Of a stretch of DNA of 30,985 nt, positions 25,087 through 30,985 are shown piece after piece. The DNA is from a virus (lineage: Duplodnaviria > Caudoviricetes), in the IMG/VR virus record IMGVR_UViG_3300032305_001116, positions 1 through 30,985 of that record. One strand, 5' to 3'. A program made the position numbers and the translations under genes. Every line of letters begins with the position of its first letter. Within the stretch, counting starts at the first letter, position 1. Below the pieces are notes generated by a model, which was not told where the DNA came from, made no database searches, and worked only from the letters and a program-made list of their open reading frames with translations.

Positions 25087-27410
25087 TATGAGATTACTGT
25101 TTGATTTACTACTGTTTTTCCTGTTGAATCTATAAATTTAGATGAGTATAATAAAGCATTGTATGTTGCATTTTTAAGGTCTATACTATAATCTAGCATT
25201 GAAAAATTAACAGAATTATAGCCTGTAATTTGATAACTAAATTTATTACCAATAAAATATACTGCATCTGATTTATAAGTACCCTCTATTGTAACATTAC
25301 TTAAACCTATATTCTTCAAAAATAATGTTGTTATATCCTTTAATTTTGTTTGTAATGATGAGTAAGATACATTTATACAACTAGGATTTGCATAACTTAA
25401 TGATATACCAGATGCTGGATAATTATATTTATCAAATATGTGGTTCCCATAACAACTTGCTACAAATATTGGGTTTTTAGCCTTTACCTCTGTTGCAGCC
25501 AATAATCCAGTAGGAACATATTTTTGTGCATCTTGAATAAATATATTTGATTTTAATTCACTAGATTCATCTGAATTTATCAAATCGGAATATTTTACTT
25601 TGTATAATTGTGATGTAGGAAGTCCTGAAACGGTAGAACCTTTAAATGCTTGTAAATTACAATACTCAACATACAATTCATATCTATCATCATTAAGTGA
25701 GCTTGTAACACCTCTAAATGGCTGATATTGTCTAATTTTTAACTTGGCACTATTCGGTATAATTAACTCTGCTTTTAAATCGTAATGAATCCAATCAGAG
25801 TCAGTTCCATCAACATTTGTTGTAGTAATTAATGGTAATTCTGTAAGAGTAGTTATAAATTTATTTGTAGTATAATTATAATAATATGTGGTTTCATTTC
25901 CATTTCCATCATCTGCTAATAATACTAATGATAAAAAAGGTCTTGGCCTCATATTTCCTTGATTCATCGCACCACCACTTACAGGTAAATTTTTTAATCT
26001 ACCATCTGTATATGCTGAATAAGAAAATGTAAATATATCATTCGGGCTTACTGATATTTCTTGACTATCAATATATCTTGAAGGGTCAGATGATGCAACA
26101 TATTTAGTTTTAAATTGAGTTGCAAAATTAGTTCCGTATGTATCTGTTTTTATTTTTGTAAATGGATAAAATGGCAATGCAACACAACTTCCAGCACTCG
26201 CACTAACTTGGTCATAAAAATCAAATACACATTCACCACCATCTGGGTTAAACCAGTTATTTATTGCATAATATGTACTTGCACCACCTGTATTAACTTG
26301 AGATAGAGAACCCATAGTATAGTTTGGTGTATTATAATTTAATGATGCCGAATTTGATAATGTTATATTTTCAACAGGATAATTAAATCTAATTGTTTGG
26401 TCTCGACCTATATTTTTAAAGTTTCCAGAATTTAATGCTATTATTGAATCACTATCACTACCATAATCATAAAAAGAATATATAACAGTATCACTAGTTA
26501 CATCATAAGAAGATACAGTATATTCAGCAGTTGAAACACTCCCAGTAGTATTATTTACAAGAGCATCATAAGATTTAATATGAAGTTTATTATTTTTAAA
26601 GAAAGCTATTAAGCCAAATTGAGAACAAACTCCTTCTAAAACCTCAAATAATGTTTTATATTTACCTAATTCTTGTAAGAAGGCATTTTTTTGTATATAC
26701 ATTGATGTTAAATTCAATGTTACATTTTGAGTATCACCGTTACCATCTAAATAAGAATTGGTCAATGAATATGGAAATGGATATTCTAAAGAAACTGTAT
26801 CTGTAATATAAGCAAAATAACAGCATCTCATAATAACATCTAATAAAGACAACTCATCTTTTGGGAAATAATGAATTAACTCTGTATCAGAAGCTGGAAA
26901 ATTATAAAATCTATTAACCTTCATTAGTCCAAAATCGGAGAATTGAAGTGAGAATGTTAGAGGTGCTATTTCATTTAATGCTACATCGGTGTTGTATATA
27001 TAATACCCCTGCCAAATAATTTGATAAGTACCACCACCACCTTTTCTTTTAATCTCTAATAAAAATGTATCGGGGTCTGAAGTTATAAATTCTCTAATAT
27101 CAAATCTATCTTGAGAGTATATTTTATTATAACCATTCCAAGTATTTGTATTAGGATTCCAGTTAACATTATCTGCCAAATTATCTAGTAATAGATTTAA
27201 CGTAGCCTTTGTAGCAATAACTGGTCTATAACCACCATTACCACCACTACTATCAGTTTCTATAACCAAAGGAGTTCCTGTACCACTTACTTCTATTACA
27301 GAACCACTATATTCTTTTTTGTAAATTGTAGCTATATATTGACCAGTAGTATTTTGGTAAACATCAGAAAATGTTAATGTATATTTTGCTGCGTATCCTG
27401 TAAATGCCAT
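25086..27410 (-). CDS. Tail tip / baseplate hub structural protein (774 aa)
   Basis: Directly follows the tape measure; Y/S/T/N-rich; no catalytic motif recognised. Confidence 0.7.
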   Translation of the reverse strand: MAFTGYAAKYTLTFSDVYQNTTGQYIATIYKKEYSGSVIEVSGTGTPLVIETDSSGGNGGYRPVIATKATLNLLLDNLADNVNWNPNTNTWNGYNKIYSQDRFDIREFITSDPDTFLLEIKRKGGGGTYQIIWQGYYIYNTDVALNEIAPLTFSLQFSDFGLMKVNRFYNFPASDTELIHYFPKDELSLLDVIMRCCYFAYITDTVSLEYPFPYSLTNSYLDGNGDTQNVTLNLTSMYIQKNAFLQELGKYKTLFEVLEGVCSQFGLIAFFKNNKLHIKSYDALVNNTTGSVSTAEYTVSSYDVTSDTVIYSFYDYGSDSDSIIALNSGNFKNIGRDQTIRFNYPVENITLSNSASLNYNTPNYTMGSLSQVNTGGASTYYAINNWFNPDGGECVFDFYDQVSASAGSCVALPFYPFTKIKTDTYGTNFATQFKTKYVASSDPSRYIDSQEISVSPNDIFTFSYSAYTDGRLKNLPVSGGAMNQGNMRPRPFLSLVLLADDGNGNETTYYYNYTTNKFITTLTELPLITTTNVDGTDSDWIHYDLKAELIIPNSAKLKIRQYQPFRGVTSSLNDDRYELYVEYCNLQAFKGSTVSGLPTSQLYKVKYSDLINSDESSELKSNIFIQDAQKYVPTGLLAATEVKAKNPIFVASCYGNHIFDKYNYPASGISLSYANPSCINVSYSSLQTKLKDITTLFLKNIGLSNVTIEGTYKSDAVYFIGNKFSYQITGYNSVNFSMLDYSIDLKNATYNALLYSSKFIDSTGKTVVNQTVIS

Positions 27411-29305
27411 TAGAAGTAATTTTTTCTATTTTTTGATGCTCTGTCTAATAAGATAACTAAATCATTACCACTTATTCTTGCAGTTAATTGACCACCCATA
27501 TCTCCACCACCAATACTACCTGCTATAATGCCTGATAGTTTATCTAATGGAGCAACTACTTCGGGGTTATTTCTTGCACCTGGATATTCACCTATTAATG
27601 CGTTTGTAGGACCACTAACGATACCACCACTTGCGAATGGTCTTACACCTCCATAAGAACCACTTGAAGAACCTGAATTAGAATTACCTCCAGAATTACC
27701 ACCTCCATTCTTAGAAGCAAATGCACCTACCATAGAACCAATAGCAATTAACGCAACACCAGCAGCAATAGCCAATGCAGCATTTTTTGGGTCTATTGGA
27801 TTTTTTAATGCTTTACCTAATGCAGTTGCAGCAACACCAGCAGCTAAAGTTAATTGACCAAATTGTACTAAAATTCCACCTATACTTGCTAATACCGCAT
27901 TACCAAAAGCCTCGAATACGTTTGCTCCTGAACCTATGGCTTCTCCTATTGCACCTGCAACATTTGCAAAAGCATTTGTGAACATAGCATTCATCTCAGC
28001 CTCAAATCTTGCAGCCTCTGCCATTGCATCTTCAAAAGCCTTTTTTAATTTAGGTATATCAATAGGAACATAAGTAGGCGATGCCGACTCCGTAATTAAA
28101 TCATTAACTTCTGCAAGAGTTTTACCCTTGTACATTAATTCATCTATAATATCAATAAACTCTAAAGCATCTTTTTGAGCTTGGTCTTCTACTAATAGTA
28201 ATCCACCACCCTTAAAGTTATCTCTTGTTTTTGCAAATATTTGATTTAATTTATCTGTTAATGATACGGTTTCTTTAGTTGAATCTGTTCCATCATCTAA
28301 ACTATCTACCCATTGCTTTGTATACTTTCCAGCTTCTGCTTGAAGATTAATATTTCTTCCTGTTAGTATATTGGTATCGGTTATTCGATTATTTATAATT
28401 AATTGCTGTTCTGCAATTTGTCTTGTTAATGAACCTAACTTTCCTGCATTTTTAGGTGTGTATTCACCAATTTGATTTTCATTCGTTAATCTTTGATATG
28501 CTAAATCCTCAGCAGCTATTGCTTCTTCTTTTGCTAATTCTATTGATAGCTTTTGTTTTGCAATTCTTGCCTCTAATATAGCAGTATCATTATCTAATAT
28601 TCTTGAAGCATTTGCTACTATTTTATCTTTGGCAGCCTCTGCCATTGCAGCACCAATAATACTATCTCTTAAAGCGTTATAAGCAGCCTCATTTTTACCT
28701 AAAGCTGTTTGCTCTGCACTTAAATTTGCAAATGTAGTAGGATATTGTTCCTGAAGGGCTTTTGCTGCCTTTAATCTCAAATCCATTGAATTTGTAACAT
28801 CGGTAGCTGCCCTGTAAAGCATATCAAGGCTTGTAACCTCATCTAATGCAGCTTGCTTACCCCTTAATTGTACTTCAGTTACATCCTCTAAACTTTCTCT
28901 CCATTCATCAATAGATTGCTTACTTTTATCAGCAGCGAGTGCAGAATAAGCCCATATAGTTAATAGTGCAGTTAATGCTGAACCTGCCAATGATATTCCA
29001 GCTGCAAATGGAGCTAATGCCTTTACAGATAGAGTTATTTGGTCAATAAGGATTGGAATGTTGTTTGATATAGCAAGTATTCCCAAACCGAATGATTGGG
29101 AAAAGAAACCAGCATCACGAAGAACTTGACCAAAGGCAAAGGCAGCTAATCTCCCTCTATTGGAATTTTGCTCAAGACTTTTTATTGATGTAGATGTGGT
29201 ATCAACAGATTTATTAAATTTAGATAATGTAGCTTGAGCGTCGCCAATAGCTTTTTGCAGCCCTTGTATATTAGCATTTATAATTACCTGAAAATTACTA
29301 TCCAT
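27410..29305 (-). CDS. Tape measure protein (631 aa)
   Basis: Ala-rich helical with hydrophobic segments; FASGGIVSGPT...GE...NPEVVAPL; follows the chaperones. Confidence 0.9.
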   Translation of the reverse strand: MDSNFQVIINANIQGLQKAIGDAQATLSKFNKSVDTTSTSIKSLEQNSNRGRLAAFAFGQVLRDAGFFSQSFGLGILAISNNIPILIDQITLSVKALAPFAAGISLAGSALTALLTIWAYSALAADKSKQSIDEWRESLEDVTEVQLRGKQAALDEVTSLDMLYRAATDVTNSMDLRLKAAKALQEQYPTTFANLSAEQTALGKNEAAYNALRDSIIGAAMAEAAKDKIVANASRILDNDTAILEARIAKQKLSIELAKEEAIAAEDLAYQRLTNENQIGEYTPKNAGKLGSLTRQIAEQQLIINNRITDTNILTGRNINLQAEAGKYTKQWVDSLDDGTDSTKETVSLTDKLNQIFAKTRDNFKGGGLLLVEDQAQKDALEFIDIIDELMYKGKTLAEVNDLITESASPTYVPIDIPKLKKAFEDAMAEAARFEAEMNAMFTNAFANVAGAIGEAIGSGANVFEAFGNAVLASIGGILVQFGQLTLAAGVAATALGKALKNPIDPKNAALAIAAGVALIAIGSMVGAFASKNGGGNSGGNSNSGSSSGSYGGVRPFASGGIVSGPTNALIGEYPGARNNPEVVAPLDKLSGIIAGSIGGGDMGGQLTARISGNDLVILLDRASKNRKNYF

Positions 29306-29618
29306 TGTTATTTAGTTTATTAGCGACCTTGTGAAAGTCCTCTTTAGTTAATGGTTCTTGCTTCGGCTTTTTGGGTTTGCCGAGATTATCAGTCCACAAT
29401 GGCATAAGTTTATCAGCAGCTTTTTGGTCGTGCTTCTTACCTACATTTGTATTATACAACATAGCTACAATGCTACGAGTATGCTCCCATTGCTTTGTTT
29501 CTTTCTTAATATGACCATAGACCAACCTATTATAGTCAGCCCAAGTCATATCGTAAAATTGGTCGGGGAGAAGTCCTATCTCACCTATGGCGAAATCTAA
29601 AACGTCCCCCCAGCCTAT
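29298..29618 (-). CDS. Tail assembly chaperone, frameshifted (GT-like) segment
   Basis: The -1 frame is open from the A7 run: IGWGDVLDFAIGEIGLLPDQFYDMTWADY... Confidence 0.8.
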   Translation of the reverse strand: MGWGDVLDFAIGEIGLLPDQFYDMTWADYNRLVYGHIKKETKQWEHTRSIVAMLYNTNVGKKHDQKAADKLMPLWTDNLGKPKKPKQEPLTKEDFHKVANKLNNNG

Positions 29619-29980
29619 TTTTTTGGCTTTACAGAACTTGGTTTAGATGAAGCCTCTATTGCTTGGTTTGTTTCTATAACACCTTGAGATAATTGTGCTG
29701 ACTCTTCAAAGACCTTGATAATATCAGTTATCTGTGTCATAGGCATATCATCTACCCAAAGCAATACTTCATCTTGTGTAAAATCTTCTACTTCCTTCTT
29801 AATAAAGCAGTTGTTTTTAAGTCCACAATAAACCAAATCAGCACATAGCTTAATAGGGTTTTGTTCGTTAAACTCTGCAACTCCAGTATTATTGATTTTA
29901 GAGTATTCCATTAATGCGTAATTGCCAAACTTGACACCACGCTTTTTACCACCTAATTCTAATTGAATGTAACCTGTCAT
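29615..29980 (-). CDS. Tail assembly chaperone (G-like)
   Basis: Between tail tube and tape measure; ends CCA AAA AAA TAG. Confidence 0.82.
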   Translation of the reverse strand: MTGYIQLELGGKKRGVKFGNYALMEYSKINNTGVAEFNEQNPIKLCADLVYCGLKNNCFIKKEVEDFTQDEVLLWVDDMPMTQITDIIKVFEESAQLSQGVIETNQAIEASSKPSSVKPKK

Positions 29981-30027
29981 AATTTTTCTTCGTTAAATAA
30001 ATGTGGCTATCGCCCGAAGAAGTTTAA

Positions 30028-30435
30028 TTAGGCTACGGTAGATTGGGTTAATGCACCTGTTCCTTGAAAAGATACGCTGAAACCAGCAGGGCTTTCCATA
30101 TCAGCAGTTTGTGAGATAGAAGTAATGAATGCGTTACCACTTAATTTCATATCACCAGAAGTTGCAGTAGAAAATTCCACAGCGACAGCAGTACGAGCAA
30201 TTAATAAAGCTACAAGCTCATCAGTTTCTACTTTTGCATCAGTTGCATAATCCACAAGACCATCAGATGATAAAGTGAAAGAACGCACACCTGCAAAAAA
30301 TTCTGACCAACCTGCTGAATCTTTAGTGGTTGCATCTGGTAAATCTACCGATAGTTCTAAACTTGCAGTAGTTGCTTTTAGTAGAGCTACACCGCCTACT
30401 TTGATTGTTAAATTTGTTCCGTTAATTAAAGCCAT
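30028..30435 (-). CDS. Major tail tube protein (TP901-1 family), copy 2
   Basis: INGTNL, DATTKDSAGWSEF, SFTLSSDGL, FSVSFQGTGAL. Confidence 0.88.
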   Translation of the reverse strand: MALINGTNLTIKVGGVALLKATTASLELSVDLPDATTKDSAGWSEFFAGVRSFTLSSDGLVDYATDAKVETDELVALLIARTAVAVEFSTATSGDMKLSGNAFITSISQTADMESPAGFSVSFQGTGALTQSTVA

Positions 30436-30460
30436 TTTTTTGTTATTTTAAAGTTTAAGT

Positions 30461-30880
30461 TTATGCTATTGTTTCTAAAAATATTTCTGTGCCTTGCAAT
30501 GTGCCTGAATACGTTACTACATCCTCCATAGGAGAATCAATAGTTAGCGATGATACATATACATATCCATTGTAAATTAATGCACCAGGAGTGGCCGGAT
30601 TAGCTGCTGTGAACTTTGCTAAAAATTTAGTTTTGTTCTCAATAGCAGTTTCTAACCAAGCAGGGTCAATATTGTCAGAATAATCTACAAGACCTTCAAA
30701 GTCCATTGTAAAACTTCTTGCTCCAATAAGAAATTCACTCCATCCAGCACTACTTCTTGAGGTTACATCGATTGTATTTGCTTCTACGTTCAATGTAAAG
30801 CTACGAGAGTGTCCAAATGCTCTGTTGTTTACTCCATCAAGTACATAAAGTACAAGGTCTGTTCCGTTTACTAATGCCAT
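30461..30880 (-). CDS. Tail tube protein paralogue (TP901-1 family), copy 1
   Basis: VNGTDL, DVTSRSSAGWSEF, SFTMDFEGL, YSGTLQGT. Confidence 0.85.
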   Translation of the reverse strand: MALVNGTDLVLYVLDGVNNRAFGHSRSFTLNVEANTIDVTSRSSAGWSEFLIGARSFTMDFEGLVDYSDNIDPAWLETAIENKTKFLAKFTAANPATPGALIYNGYVYVSSLTIDSPMEDVVTYSGTLQGTEIFLETIA

Positions 30881-30985
30881 TTTATGATTGTTCTATTAAT
30901 GTTCTTATTCTTATTATTTTTCTTACCTCATAAAAGCCATCATATTGGTTTTCGACGTAATTTATTGATTCTAAACTATTGGTAA
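30863..30985. repeat. Terminal direct repeat, copy 2
   Basis: Identical to 1-123. Confidence 0.95.

Noticed and set aside
1033-29600. Antisense ORFs in the track (e.g. 1033-1302, 1813-2100, 3541-3786, 5918-6214, 7395-7804, 13411-13617, 15003-15224, 15567-15869, 16470-16845, 21895-22077, 24336-24548, 27775-27981, 29358-29600)
   Set aside because: They shadow well-supported genes or structures on the opposite strand, often start at non-ATG codons, and break the two-arm organisation
30863-30985. 123-bp terminal repeat as the real virion terminal repeat
   Set aside because: It falls inside the tail terminator and tail tube genes, far from terS; this is typical of an assembler overlap on a circular contig
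1-30985. Stop-codon reassignment
   Set aside because: Core genes are full length under the standard code, and TAA, TAG and TGA all end genes

Overview
The window looks like a complete, circularly permuted genome of about 30.86 kb from a siphovirus-type dsDNA phage. Bases 1-123 repeat at 30863-30985, consistent with an assembly overlap. The host is very probably Bacteroidota: promoters follow TTTG-N19/20-TAnnTTTG and start contexts are A-rich, mostly without Shine-Dalgarno sites. The minus-strand late arm starts near 11.07 kb and crosses the junction. It carries terminases, an HK97-type portal/protease/capsid set, neck proteins, two paralogous fibres, two tandem tail-tube paralogues, a frameshifted chaperone, tape measure, tail tip, lysis cassette, phosphoesterase, methyltransferase and RusA. 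The plus-strand arm carries a pre-early block, then ERF/YqaJ/SSB, two DnaA-C-like proteins, an initiator with internal iterons, DnaB and a DUF5664 protein. No integrase or DNA polymerase was recognised. The most interesting signals are non-coding. (1) A putative ~70-nt sRNA at the convergence point (21.72-21.79 kb) has a loop antisense to the AUG-AAA starts of all five pre-early genes, and its 5' end is complementary to an 18-nt intergenic site in the late tail mRNA. (2) A promoter-driven structured RNA lies at 11.21-11.43 kb. (3) An anticodon-less tRNA-like element, a long hairpin and a repeat array close the pre-early block. All product calls come from motif recognition by eye; no searches were run.
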